From the NCBI GenBank assembly GCA_963823655.1, contig CAWGMK010000010.1, forward strand, positions 192,001 through 256,000: 64,000 nt of DNA, in the 5' to 3' direction. Under the pieces are notes generated by a model. The model was not told the DNA's origin, made no database searches, and saw only the letters and a program-made list of their open reading frames with translations. The stretch is from an uncultured Bacillota bacterium (GTDB taxonomy: Bacteria > Bacillota > DTU025 > MWDF01). This document shows positions 42,368-52,619 of this stretch, one piece after another (position 1 is the stretch's first letter; every line of letters starts with the position of its first letter). The position numbers and the translations under genes were made by a program.

Positions 42368-43489
42368 CTAGCGAGCGATCAGGCTCAGGATCATACCGCC
42401 CGCGATAACGGACGCGATCTGGCCTGATACATTCGAACCCACTGCGTGCATCAGAAGGAAGTTCTGCTTGTCCTCTGCTTGGCCCATCTTATGGATTACG
42501 CGCGCCGACATGGGGAATGCGCTTATTCCCGCGGCGCCGACCATCGGGTTTATCTTGTTCTTCGAGAACAGGTTCAGGAACTTGGCGAAGAAGACCCCGC
42601 CTATTGTGTCGAAGGCGAAAGCGACCAAGCCTAGCCCCAGGATCATAAGAGTCTCGCCCGTTACGAACAAGTCGGCCCGCATCTTTGCAGCCACCGAAAT
42701 CCCTAGAAGCAGCGTGATCAGGTTAACAAGCGAATTTTGTGCGGTCTTGGACAGCGCCTGGAGTACTCCGCTTTCTCGAACCAGGTTGCCGAACATCAGA
42801 AAGCCGATGAGCGCCACCGAGCGGGGCGCCGCAATGCCTGCGATAACCGTAACTACTATGGGGAAGAGTATCCTTACGGTCTTGCTGACTGAGGCCGGTT
42901 TGTAATTCATGCGGATCATGCGCTCTTTCTTCGTCGTGATGAGCTTGATTATCGGAGGCTGGACTATGGGGACCAGCGCCATGTATGAGTAGGCGGCGAC
43001 TATTATCGGCCCGATATAGGCGCTCTTGTAGTAGTTCGCCACGAAGATCGAGGTCGGCCCGTCGGCCGCTCCTATGATGGCGATAGATGCCGCGTTCCTG
43101 ATATCGAACCCCAGCATGACGGCCATGCCCAAAGTGAAGAAGATGCCAAACTGGGCGGCAGCGCCGAACAGCAGCATCTTAGGGTTTGAAAGCAGGGGGC
43201 CGAAGTCTATCATTGCGCCTATGCCTATGAAAAGCAGCAGCGGGAATAGCTCGTTGGCTATGCCTATCTTATAGAGCAGGTCGATTACGCCCTCTTCCAT
43301 GGTGCCGGCGTATGTCTGCAGCAGCGCCCCGGAAAAAGGCAGGTTGACGATTATTGCGCCAAAGCCCATGGGAAGCAGGAGGGCAGGCTCCATTTCTTTC
43401 TTGATTGCAAGATAGATCAGGGTCCCGCCGATCGTCCACATGACAAGCATTTGCCAAGTTATAGAAGTGAAGTTGTCCAGGATGCTCAT
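42368..43489 (-). CDS. Na+-translocating decarboxylase beta-subunit homolog (second copy)
   Basis: [47 protein letters not shown]. Confidence 0.92.
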   Translation of the reverse strand: MSILDNFTSITWQMLVMWTIGGTLIYLAIKKEMEPALLLPMGFGAIIVNLPFSGALLQTYAGTMEEGVIDLLYKIGIANELFPLLLFIGIGAMIDFGPLLSNPKMLLFGAAAQFGIFFTLGMAVMLGFDIRNAASIAIIGAADGPTSIFVANYYKSAYIGPIIVAAYSYMALVPIVQPPIIKLITTKKERMIRMNYKPASVSKTVRILFPIVVTVIAGIAAPRSVALIGFLMFGNLVRESGVLQALSKTAQNSLVNLITLLLGISVAAKMRADLFVTGETLMILGLGLVAFAFDTIGGVFFAKFLNLFSKNKINPMVGAAGISAFPMSARVIHKMGQAEDKQNFLLMHAVGSNVSGQIASVIAGGMILSLIAR

Positions 43490-43660
43490 TGGTTCTCATT
43501 CCTTTCGCGAAGAAGAGGTACGGACTTCCCATTGCTGCAAGTCAGGAAACCATAAGGCGGCGTGTTTGCCAAAATTCTCGTTCGGCCCCGTTGCTCCATT
43601 CTTAATGCAATGTAAGCGAAGTTCCGTCTTCTGGTTCGCCGTTCAGCTTGTCTTGCGCAT

Positions 43661-43688
43661 AAAAAGTCCGGGACAAAGCCCGGACTTT
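43661..43688 (-). terminator. Terminator between mmdB and the second beta subunit
   Basis: aaagtccggg / cccggacttt followed by Ts on the minus strand. Confidence 0.7.
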
Positions 43689-43698
43689 AGGATTTACC

Positions 43699-44873
43699 CT
43701 ATTTCGGTCCGTAAAGGGAAAGCAATATGCCTGCGGCTATGGCTGAGCCTATGACTCCTGCCACATTAGGTCCCATCGCATGCATCAGAAGGAAGTTCCT
43801 GGGATTGTCCTTCTGGCCAACTACCTGCGAGACGCGCGCTGCCATCGGTACTGCGGACACCCCGGCGGAGCCGATCAGAGGATTCACCTTGCCCCCTGTC
43901 ATCCAGTACATGAGCTTTCCGAGCAGAACGCCTCCTGCAGTTCCTCCGGCGAATGCGGCTAGGCCCATGAAGATGATTTTGAGCGTCTCGGCTGTAAGGA
44001 ACCTCTCCGCGGATGCTGTAGCCCCTACGGTTACGCCCAGGAAGATCACTATTATGTTGTTGAGGTCATTTTGCGCCGTCTTGGACAGCCGCTCTACCAC
44101 GCCCGATTCTGCGGAACAGGTTGCCCATCATCAGCGAGCCGACCAGAGCCGCGGCAGAAGGGACAAGCATCCCGACCGCAATGGTCGTCACGATGGGGAA
44201 GATTATCCTTTCGAATTTGGAGACGGGCCTCAGCTGCTCCATCACTACCATGCGCTCCTTCTTGGTGGTAAGCGCCCTCATGATGGGAGGCTGGATTATC
44301 GGCACAAGGGCCATATAGGAGTACGCGGCGATGGCTATGGGCCCGAGCAGATGGGGTGCCAGCTTGGTAGTCAGGTATATCGCGGTGGGGCCGTCAGCGC
44401 CCCCGATTATGCCGATCGATGCCGCCTCCTGGGGATTGAAGCCCAGAAGCAGCGCTCCGATGAACGTCGTGAATATGCCCAGCTGCGCGGCGGCGCCAAG
44501 CAAAATTGTCTTGGGGTTGGCGATAAGAGGGCCGAAGTCCGTCATGGCGCCTACGCCCAAGAAGATGAGGGGAGGATAAACGCCCAGCTTTACGCCCTGG
44601 TACAGGTAGTAGAGAAGGCCGCCCGGGCTGCACTCTTTCCAAGGTGCTTCCGTCCGCCAGCAAATCCTTAACCATCGTCGGCCCATCCATGAGGCCCGCG
44701 AGGGGAAGGTTAGCAAGCAGCATGCCGAAAGCTATCGGCACCAGCAGGAGCGGTTCGAACTTCCTTACTATGGCAAGGTACAGAAGGACGCAGGAGACCA
44801 GTATCATCAGGCCCTGCTGCCAGGTAATCGCGTAATATCCCGTCGTCTTGACGAAATCAAGTAAGGCCTGCAT
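43699..44873 (-). CDS. mmdB: Methylmalonyl-CoA decarboxylase beta subunit; frameshifts near 44623 and 44110
   Basis: [49 protein letters not shown]. Confidence 0.9.
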
Positions 44874-44894
44874 GGGATCGCCCCTTTCAGGTAT

Positions 44895-45278
44895 TTATCC
44901 TATTGTGACTAGGGCTTCGTCAGTGTTGACGGTTGTGTCCCTGGATACGTGCACTGCCGTTATCGAGCCGGACACGCCAGCGAAGATCTCGTTTTCCATC
45001 TTCATGGCTTCTAGGATTACGACAACTGTGTCGGGAGTCACTTTATCGCCTACTTTAACCCTAATGTCTTTGATGACGCCAGGCATGGGCGATACTACGG
45101 AACCAGCTCCAGCAGAGGCCGGGGCCGGCTTGGGAGCTGCCACGGGTGCGGGAGCAGGGGCCGCGGCCCTTACAACAGGCGCCGGCGCGGGGGCGTAGGA
45201 TGCCGTTGCTCCCAACTCCTCGACTTCTACTTCATATGCATTGCCGTTTACGTTTACTCTAAACTTCCTCAAGGTCAA
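44895..45278 (-). CDS. mmdC: Biotin carrier (gamma) subunit
   Basis: Ala/Pro linker, SPMPG, biotinylation motif EAMKMENE. Confidence 0.9.
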   Translation of the reverse strand: MTLRKFRVNVNGNAYEVEVEELGATASYAPAPAPVVRAAAPAPAPVAAPKPAPASAGAGSVVSPMPGVIKDIRVKVGDKVTPDTVVVILEAMKMENEIFAGVSGSITAVHVSRDTTVNTDEALVTIG

Positions 45279-45306
45279 TACCTCCTAAAGAATAGTTGAA
45301 AAGCTT

Positions 45307-45705
45307 CTAGAGCCTGCTTGCCATTATGTCCCTTCGGCCAGCTAAGGCCCACAAATTAAGCTTCGGTCCGAGAGGCCTGACTGCGGTTACCGCGCCCTGC
45401 ACTCCCTCGGAAGTAAGAATTGCCATTACGGCGGCTATTGCAGCGATTTCCTCATCGGCCGTTGAAGTCTTCGAGGCCACCGGGGTTACATTATCGACAA
45501 CCGGGGCATCGGCTTTTTCTACTTTCTCAATCGTTACTGCGGTCGGTTCGCTGCCGGGCTTTTCGGCTTTCGCTGCGGGCCTCTTTGCGCCCGTTTTGCT
45601 AATTCCCGCAAGCCCCAACATTATATACATAAGGAATATCAGGCCGAGAAACACCACCAGCATTCCCAGGCCCGTAGTTGATAATCCCTTTACCAGGTTC
45701 TCCAT
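45307..45705 (-). CDS. mmdD: OadG-family (delta) subunit
   Basis: N-terminal TM GMLVVF, EEIAAIAA, WALAGR. Confidence 0.85.
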   Translation of the reverse strand: MENLVKGLSTTGLGMLVVFLGLIFLMYIMLGLAGISKTGAKRPAAKAEKPGSEPTAVTIEKVEKADAPVVDNVTPVASKTSTADEEIAAIAAVMAILTSEGVQGAVTAVRPLGPKLNLWALAGRRDIMASRL

Positions 45706-45730
45706 TAATCAAACACCTCCGGCTGTCCGA

Positions 45731-47272
45731 CTATACGGGCAGGTTGCCATGCTTCTTGGCGGGGCGGCTGTCGCGTTTGGAGGAGAGCATCTCAAGCGCC
45801 CTTGCAATCTTGATGCGCGTCTCGGCGGGGTCGATGACATCATCGATATAGCCCCTGGAAGCTGCGACATAAGGATTGGCGAAGGTGTTGCGGTACTCGT
45901 CGATCTTCTCCTTGCGCTTGGCGTTCTTGTCCTCGGCGCCTTCGATCTCCTTGCGGAAGATGATGTTCGCCGCGCCGTCCGGCCCCATGACCGCGATTTC
46001 GGCGTTGGGCCATGCCGCAACGTAGTCGGCCCCCAGGTCGCGGCTGCACATGGCGAGGTATGCCCCGCCGTAGCTCTTCCTGACTATGAGGCTGATCTTC
46101 GGCACAGTGGCCTCGGAGTATGCGTAAAGCAACTTGGCGCCGTGCCTGATTATGCCGCCGAGCTCCTGGTTGGTGCCGGGCAGGAAGCCAGGCACGTCCA
46201 CAACGTTAACTACAGGCACATTGAATGCGTCGCAGAAACGTATGAAGCGCGCGGCCTTGTCCGACGCGTTTATATCGAGGCAGCCCGCCAGCACTTTGGG
46301 CTGGTTGGCGATTATCCCTATGCTCTGTCCCGCGACCCTTGCGAAGCCGACCACTATGTTCATCGCATAGAGGGCCTGTACCTCGAAGAAGTCGCCCGCG
46401 TCGACGAAACCGGCGATAATGTCGCGCACATCGTACGACTTGTTGGGCTCAGAGGGCACTATGCTGTTCAAAGCCTGAACCAGGCCAACCTGTGCAGCGT
46501 CGCCCATTGGCGCCTCCTCCAGGTTGTTGGAGGGCAGGTATGACAGAAGCTTCCTTATCATATAGAAGGTCTGGTCCTCGTCCTCGCACATGAAGTGCGC
46601 AACGCCGCTGGTCTGGTTGTGGGTGAGGGCACCGCCGAGCTTCTCAGCCGTTACATCCTCGCCAGTGACCGATTTGATGACCTGCGGGCCTGTTATGAAC
46701 ATGTTGGAACCCTTCACCATGAAAACGAAGTCGGTGAGGGCGGGGGAGTATACCGCGCCGCCGGCGCAGGGGCCCATTATAACGGAGATCTGCGGGATGA
46801 CGCCCGATGAGATCACGTTCCTGTAGAAGATCTGGCCATATCCCGAGAGCGCGTCAACGCCCTCCTGTATCCTTGCTCCGCCTGAATCGTTGATGCCGAT
46901 GCAAGGTGCGCCAGTCTTAAGCGCCAGGTCCATCACTTTGCATATCTTCTTTGCGTGCATCTCGCCAAGCGAGCCGCCCATGGTAGTGAAATCCTGGGCA
47001 TAGACGAACACTTGCCTGCCTTCGACCGTACCGTGGCCGGTAACCACGCCTTCTCCCGGCAGCTCCTGCTTGTCCATGCCGAGATCAGAGCAGCGGTGCC
47101 TAACGAACATATCGAGCTCTTCGAAGCTGCCGGGATCGAGGAATTTGGCAATCCTCTCACGCGCAGTTAGCTTTCCGCTCTCATGCTGCTTGGCAATCCT
47201 GTCGGGGCCGCCTCCGAGTTTGACCTTGTCGCGCATTGCCGTAAGGTCATTGATGAGCTTGTTCTCCGACAC
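45731..47272 (-). CDS. mmdA: Acyl-CoA carboxyltransferase (alpha) subunit
   Basis: GKLTARER, DSGGARIQEG, GPCAGGAVYSPA, DVPGFLPG, KKHGNLPV; operon with mmdDCB. Confidence 0.9.
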   Translation of the reverse strand: MSENKLINDLTAMRDKVKLGGGPDRIAKQHESGKLTARERIAKFLDPGSFEELDMFVRHRCSDLGMDKQELPGEGVVTGHGTVEGRQVFVYAQDFTTMGGSLGEMHAKKICKVMDLALKTGAPCIGINDSGGARIQEGVDALSGYGQIFYRNVISSGVIPQISVIMGPCAGGAVYSPALTDFVFMVKGSNMFITGPQVIKSVTGEDVTAEKLGGALTHNQTSGVAHFMCEDEDQTFYMIRKLLSYLPSNNLEEAPMGDAAQVGLVQALNSIVPSEPNKSYDVRDIIAGFVDAGDFFEVQALYAMNIVVGFARVAGQSIGIIANQPKVLAGCLDINASDKAARFIRFCDAFNVPVVNVVDVPGFLPGTNQELGGIIRHGAKLLYAYSEATVPKISLIVRKSYGGAYLAMCSRDLGADYVAAWPNAEIAVMGPDGAANIIFRKEIEGAEDKNAKRKEKIDEYRNTFANPYVAASRGYIDDVIDPAETRIKIARALEMLSSKRDSRPAKKHGNLPV

Positions 47273-47619
47273 GCGAAATCACCCCTGTATCATTTATCGT
47301 AGTATTGCTAAAAAGGCAACTATTTTCACAATTAACAATTATATCAGAGGGTAGTCAAGTGGAATATAGCAATATGTCGGGGATATTCTTCATACATCGC
47401 ATGGAATAATGGCATATTAACCAAATTATACAGTATACAGAGAGGATCCCGCAGACTGATAGTGCATTAATTCACATACAGTTGCGCCACATTCCCATTA
47501 AACATTATCTGTCAAGCGATCGGCCTGCTGCCGGTCATGGCGCCAAGGGCTGATAATAATGCATACAGGTGTTATAATTCTATAAAGAAGCAATCTTTAT
47601 GCTATTTGAGGAGAAACTG

Positions 47620-48561
47620 ATGGAAAGAAGGACTCTTGGCAGATCAGGCATCGAAGTCACAAGGATGTGTTTCGGAACTCTTACCTTCAGGCAACTTAAC
47701 ACGAACCCGAAGGTTGCGGCAGACGTCATAATCCACGCGATAGACAACGGTGTAAACTTTGTGGACACGGCCCAGGGATATGCCACTTATGAGCATGTCA
47801 AGCTGGCGCTTAAGGCGAGGCCGGGCTTCGTTGTGGACACGAAGTCGCCGGCAAAGACATATGAGGAGATGGCAGCTTCCATAGAGGCTGCAAGACGCGG
47901 GATGGAGCTCGATACTATAGACAGCTTCCTTCTGCACGGCTGCGGAGGCCCCGGCGACGGCATTAAAGAAAGGGCGGGCGCCCTAGATTGCCTGCTGGAG
48001 GCCAAATCCAAGGGGATAGTCAAAGCCGTCGGCCTATCAAGCCATTACGTATCGGGCATTGAACAAGCTGCCGCGTGCGATGAAATGGACGTATGCCACC
48101 CGCTGTTCAACATGCTTGGCAAGGGCGTGCCGGACGGCACAGTGCACGATATGGAAGCGGCCTGCAAAAGGGCATATGAGGCGGGCAAGGGCCTGTTCAG
48201 CATGAAGTCTCTGGCCGGCGGCCTGCTAATCCCGAGGCGCAAGGAAGCCTTCGAATACGTACTCGGCAGCGAGTACATATCGTCGATAGCGGTCGGGATG
48301 ACGACTACTGCTGAGGTGGACCACAATATCGCTTTCTTCGAGGGAAGAGAAGAGAAGGAAGCATCCACGGCCGAGCTCAAACCACAGGGAATGAGGCTTC
48401 ATATACTTGGCAGCTGCGTCGGGTGCGGTGACTGCGTGAAGGTGTGCCCCTCCGGCGCGATGAGCATAGTGGACGGCAAAGCCAAGGCCGATCCGAATCT
48501 TTGCCTTACCTGCGGATACTGCGGCTTCGAATGCAAAAGGTTCTGCATAAGGCTGGTATAG
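47620..48561 (+). CDS. Aldo/keto reductase with C-terminal 4Fe-4S dicluster
   Basis: DTAQGY, LLH, VGLSSH, MKSLAGG, CVGCGDCVKVCP and CLTCGYC; extended -10 tgttataat at 47570. Confidence 0.88.
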   Translation: MERRTLGRSGIEVTRMCFGTLTFRQLNTNPKVAADVIIHAIDNGVNFVDTAQGYATYEHVKLALKARPGFVVDTKSPAKTYEEMAASIEAARRGMELDTIDSFLLHGCGGPGDGIKERAGALDCLLEAKSKGIVKAVGLSSHYVSGIEQAAACDEMDVCHPLFNMLGKGVPDGTVHDMEAACKRAYEAGKGLFSMKSLAGGLLIPRRKEAFEYVLGSEYISSIAVGMTTTAEVDHNIAFFEGREEKEASTAELKPQGMRLHILGSCVGCGDCVKVCPSGAMSIVDGKAKADPNLCLTCGYCGFECKRFCIRLV

Positions 48562-48599
48562 CGCCTGCATCAGTGCTGAACTAAAAGGGGGAAGGCGCG

Positions 48600-49731
48600 A
48601 TGGCGATGCTCAAAAAGCTTACAACTTTCGAAGCGGCCTGCATAATTGCGGGAAACGGTATCGGAGGCGGCGTCATGGCGGTGCCGTACTTGGCATCCAA
48701 AGCGGGCGTCTGGCCACTTTTGTTGACCGCGGCCATCGGTTTTGCCGCGGCCCTTATACTTCACCTTATGATACTGGAGGCGTCTTTGAAGGCGCCCGGC
48801 ATGCAGATACTCTCAATCCTGGACAAGTTCCTTTTCAAGGGCAGGAAGCCTTTCATCTACCTGTTCTTCGCATTGATCGCGCTCGGTGCCGTCTCCAACC
48901 TGGCTGCCTATATGTCCGGAGGGGCCGCGGTAATGGAGGGCTGGGGCGTTAACATGTGGGTCTCGGCCGGAATATTCTACCTGTTGTGCGCAGCCATTGT
49001 CCTGTTCGGCATAAAGTCCATGGGCGTGGGTGAGAAGGCGGCTGTCATCGGAATGATAGGCATCGCTGTTTACATCGCGGGCTCATCGCTTTCCGGCACA
49101 GCGTCACCGGCTCCCGCAATGGCCGATTCTAAGGCCTGGCTTGCGCTTTACGGCATGCTGATGTTCTGCCTGGGCTCATATTTCGCCATACCTCAGGTCG
49201 TAAAGGGCCTGGAAGGCGAGGGAAGGCCTGCGGCGAAGGCCGTAGTTACAGGGCTCATTTTGAACATCGCGATAACGCGTGATCATAGCGCTTTCGGTGA
49301 TGAAGGTATCTGACCCAGTCACTAAAGTAGCCATTGTAGGATGGTCTGAAGTGATAGGCGGCGCATCCGGAGCCCTGGGTTCAGCCTTCGTATGGCTTGC
49401 GTTAGCCACCAGCTTCTGGTCGCTCTCCTATGCCCTCAAGGACATAATAATGGAGCAGTTCGGGGTGAAGAGGCACACATTGGCGTGGCTCTTTGCGACG
49501 GCCCCCGCAGTCATCATGCTCACCGCAGGTACCGGCTTCATAGAGCTTCTCAAGCTTGCTGGCGGCGCCACCGCCCTTGTGCTCATGTTCACGCTGCTTC
49601 CCGCATTCGTCAACTCGAGGAAACAGAAGGGGAGCTGGTCGATAGGCGCGCTTGGCGGCCCGATAGTGCTTGTCTTGATAGTCATTGCATATGCCGCGAT
49701 GGCGGCAGGCTCACTTATACCGGTGGATTAG
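48600..49731 (+). CDS. Aromatic/hydroxy amino-acid permease (HAAAP-like); frameshift near 49278
   Basis: IAGNGIGGGVMAVP, LALATSF, multiple TM segments. Confidence 0.75.
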
Positions 49732-49781
49732 AGGCTAATTTGCCCGCCTCGTAAAGCCCGGCGGGTCCGGAGGTAATACGG

Positions 49782-50825
49782 ATGAATGATTACATCGAGC
49801 TGAGATCGGACACTACAACGCACCCGACCGACGAGATGAGGGAGGCCATGAGGATGGCTCCCGTCGGAGACGATGTCTTCGGCGAAGATCCGACAGTCAA
49901 TAAGCTTGAGGAGATCGCCGCGGCGAAAATGGGCAAGGAGGCCGCGCTTTTCGTGGCCTCCGGAACCATGGGCAACATCACGGCGCTTCTTACGCACTGC
50001 AAGAGGGGCGATGAGGTGGTGCTCGAATCCGAGTGCCATATCTACTACTACGAAGTAGGCGGCATGTCCGCTCTAGGAGGCATGGTGCCGCGCCTTGTTA
50101 CAGGCAAGGACGGGATGATGAAGGCCGAGGATGTAAGGTCCGCCATCAGGGAATACAACGTACATTACGCGATGCCCTCTCTCATATGCGTGGAGAATAC
50201 GCACAACAGGGGCGGCGGGACGATATATGACCTGGAGAGGCTCTCCCAGATAAGGGCGGTCGCCGATGAGAAGGGCCTGCCGATGCACTTGGACGGCGCC
50301 AGGATATTCAACGCCTCCGTCAAGCTGGGTGTTGAGGCCTCACAGATTGCCAAGTACTTCGACAGCATACAGTTCTGCCTTTCGAAAGGGCTCTCTGCTC
50401 CGGTAGGATCCATCCTGGCAGGTGACAAAGCCTTCATAGCGAAGGCGAGGAAGTACAGGAAGATGCTCGGAGGCGGCATGAGGCAGGCTGGTATTATCGC
50501 TGCGGCCGGCATTGTAGCGCTGGAAAAGATGATACCCCGCCTGGCAGAGGACCACGAGAACGCAAGGCTTCTCGCCGAGGGCCTGTCGAAGATACCCGGC
50601 ATATCGGTGGACCTTAGCACCGTAGTGACCAACATGGTCGTATTCGACGTATCGGCGCTGGGCATAGGCTCGGATGCCTTCGCAAAGGAGTTCTGGGCGG
50701 AGGGCGTAAGGGTCACCGTAAGGCCGCCGCATAAGCTCAGGGCGGTCACCAGCCGCATGTTCTCAAGGCAGGAAGTACAGCTTACGCTGGAAAAAGCTGC
50801 GAAAGTTTGCTCAAGGCACATTTAG
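49782..50825 (+). CDS. ltaE: Low-specificity L-threonine aldolase
   Basis: LRSDT, GDDVFGEDP, SGTMGN, ENTHN, HLDGARIFNA, CLSKGL. Confidence 0.95.
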   Translation: MNDYIELRSDTTTHPTDEMREAMRMAPVGDDVFGEDPTVNKLEEIAAAKMGKEAALFVASGTMGNITALLTHCKRGDEVVLESECHIYYYEVGGMSALGGMVPRLVTGKDGMMKAEDVRSAIREYNVHYAMPSLICVENTHNRGGGTIYDLERLSQIRAVADEKGLPMHLDGARIFNASVKLGVEASQIAKYFDSIQFCLSKGLSAPVGSILAGDKAFIAKARKYRKMLGGGMRQAGIIAAAGIVALEKMIPRLAEDHENARLLAEGLSKIPGISVDLSTVVTNMVVFDVSALGIGSDAFAKEFWAEGVRVTVRPPHKLRAVTSRMFSRQEVQLTLEKAAKVCSRHI

Positions 50826-50888
50826 CTGAAGGACATTAGCATGTGAATGTTTAATCCTACTAACGCAATATATTAAGGAGGCGGAACA

Positions 50889-51476
50889 ATGCGCAGATTC
50901 ACAATTATCATGCTCACTATCCTGATGATAGGGGCGATGGCAGGCGCGGTGGCATCTATAGAGGCACCGGAGCCCGCGTACCCGATGTACATGACCACCA
51001 CAGGCCAGGGTCCGGACGCGATGATGCTGGACATCCTGCTCAATAAGGTACAGGGCATTCCCGTCAAGTTCGACACAGTGCTCAAGGCAGAAAACTGCGC
51101 GGATATGAAGACCATCATATTCGTGGCGGGCTACAGCGGCAAGGGAATGACCGCCGCAGGAATCAACGACGCCGCCGAGGAAGCCAGGGTCAAGGGCCTG
51201 ATGGAGCTCGCGGCCAAAAACAGCGCCTACGTGATAATAGTTCATATGGGCGGCACGACCCGCCGCGGCGCAAGCTCCGACAAATTCACGGATTTTGTAG
51301 CAACCGGCGTAAGCAAGATCGTAGTAATCCCCGACAGCAACAAGGACGGCTATTTCACCAAGATGGCAGAGCTTAAGGGCGTCGGCCTTGTGACGGTTGA
51401 TGTTCCGGAGGGCGGATCGGTCAGGACCCTCGTCGCCCAGGCTCTGAAGGCGATATTGCCGGCACCTGTAAAGTAA
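50889..51476 (+). CDS. Secreted DUF6305-like protein
   Basis: Signal peptide; GQGPD, SGKGMTAAGI, HMGGTTRRG, NKDGYFT. Confidence 0.7.
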   Translation: MRRFTIIMLTILMIGAMAGAVASIEAPEPAYPMYMTTTGQGPDAMMLDILLNKVQGIPVKFDTVLKAENCADMKTIIFVAGYSGKGMTAAGINDAAEEARVKGLMELAAKNSAYVIIVHMGGTTRRGASSDKFTDFVATGVSKIVVIPDSNKDGYFTKMAELKGVGLVTVDVPEGGSVRTLVAQALKAILPAPVK

Positions 51477-51509
51477 AGAGCGCGCGACTTGCGAATGGAG
51501 GATTGAGCG

Positions 51510-52563
51510 ATGCAGAAGCTTAGAAGGATATTAGCAATCCTTGCCATAATCGCGGTGAGCGTGATGTTCACTGCCGGCGCCGCCTCGGCGCTGCCGGGTC
51601 CGCTTATCCATGACGAAAGGCCGGGAACCGGAGTCACCCAGATGAGGTGGCTGTCCGATTATTTCAAGCCTATTGCCGGCACTCCGGTGGATACGAAAGT
51701 ATACATCATGGACAGCGGAAAGCCGGGGCCGACCGCGATTGTGCTCGGAGGCACCCACGGCAATGAGATCTCGGGCATCATGGCCACGACGCTGATAATC
51801 GAGAAGGCGACCGTAACGAAGGGGCGCCTCATTGTACTTACGCATGCCAACAACGCGGCGAACGCCAACAAGGACACAAGGACCAACATCGAATGGGTTA
51901 AGCTTGCGACTCCTAGCGGCGAGCGTACGTTCAGGTACGGCGCAAGGGATACCGTGGCAGATTTCCAGGAGCCGGACCCCGAGAAATACAAGCACTTCCC
52001 GACGGGCCAGGAGCTTGCGGGCAATGAGGCCAGGAACCTGAACCGCAACTATCCGGGCAAAGCCGATGGAACACTTACCCAGCAGCTTGCATACGCGATC
52101 ATGAGGCTAATAGAAGCCGAAGGCGCGACTATCGGCATGGACTTCCACGAGGCGGACCCGGGCGGAAGGTTGGAATGGATGCTTGTCACCAACCCCAAGA
52201 GCTTACAAATAGGCGCTATGGCGATGGTCTATATGGAGATGAACACGGGCTTTACGCTGAAGACTCTTAGAGCCTTCGTCCGATGTCAGGGGCCTTACCC
52301 ACAGGGAGTGGGGCGACTACTTCAAGGACATGCACCCTTACCTGATAGAGACGGGCAATCCCGGAATGGGGGCCAATTCGATGACCGCTGACGTCGTCAA
52401 TGACGCCTCAAGGCCGCTTGGCTTAAGGGTAGCGGTGGCGCTCAATACGCTGCTGGCAGTATTCGAAGCTGAGAAGGACACGCGCGGGGACGCGCCGGTC
52501 CTTACAGGGCTTCCAAGCTTCGCCGAGCTTTCCAAGCAAGGCGTAGGCAAATTCCTCAGATAG
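51510..52563 (+). CDS. Secreted succinylglutamate desuccinylase/aspartoacylase (M14-like) Zn hydrolase; frameshift near 52270
   Basis: GGTHGNE, RNLNRNYPG, DFHE, HREWGD, YLIET. Confidence 0.85.
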
Positions 52564-52619
52564 GTTTTATGGAATATTCGCGATTCCTAGAAAACATATT
52601 CGAAGGGAGGACTCGGTAG

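Noticed and set aside
43490-43660. Na+ or cyclic-dinucleotide riboswitch before the second beta subunit
   Set aside because: Only a small GCAA-loop hairpin; I could not match a consensus by eye, and an Rfam scan would settle it
45326-46543. Long antisense ORFs (also 10502..11818, 20554..21942, 22879..23775, 43727..44671)
   Set aside because: Shadow frames opposite well-supported genes in GC-rich DNA, with no recognisable motifs
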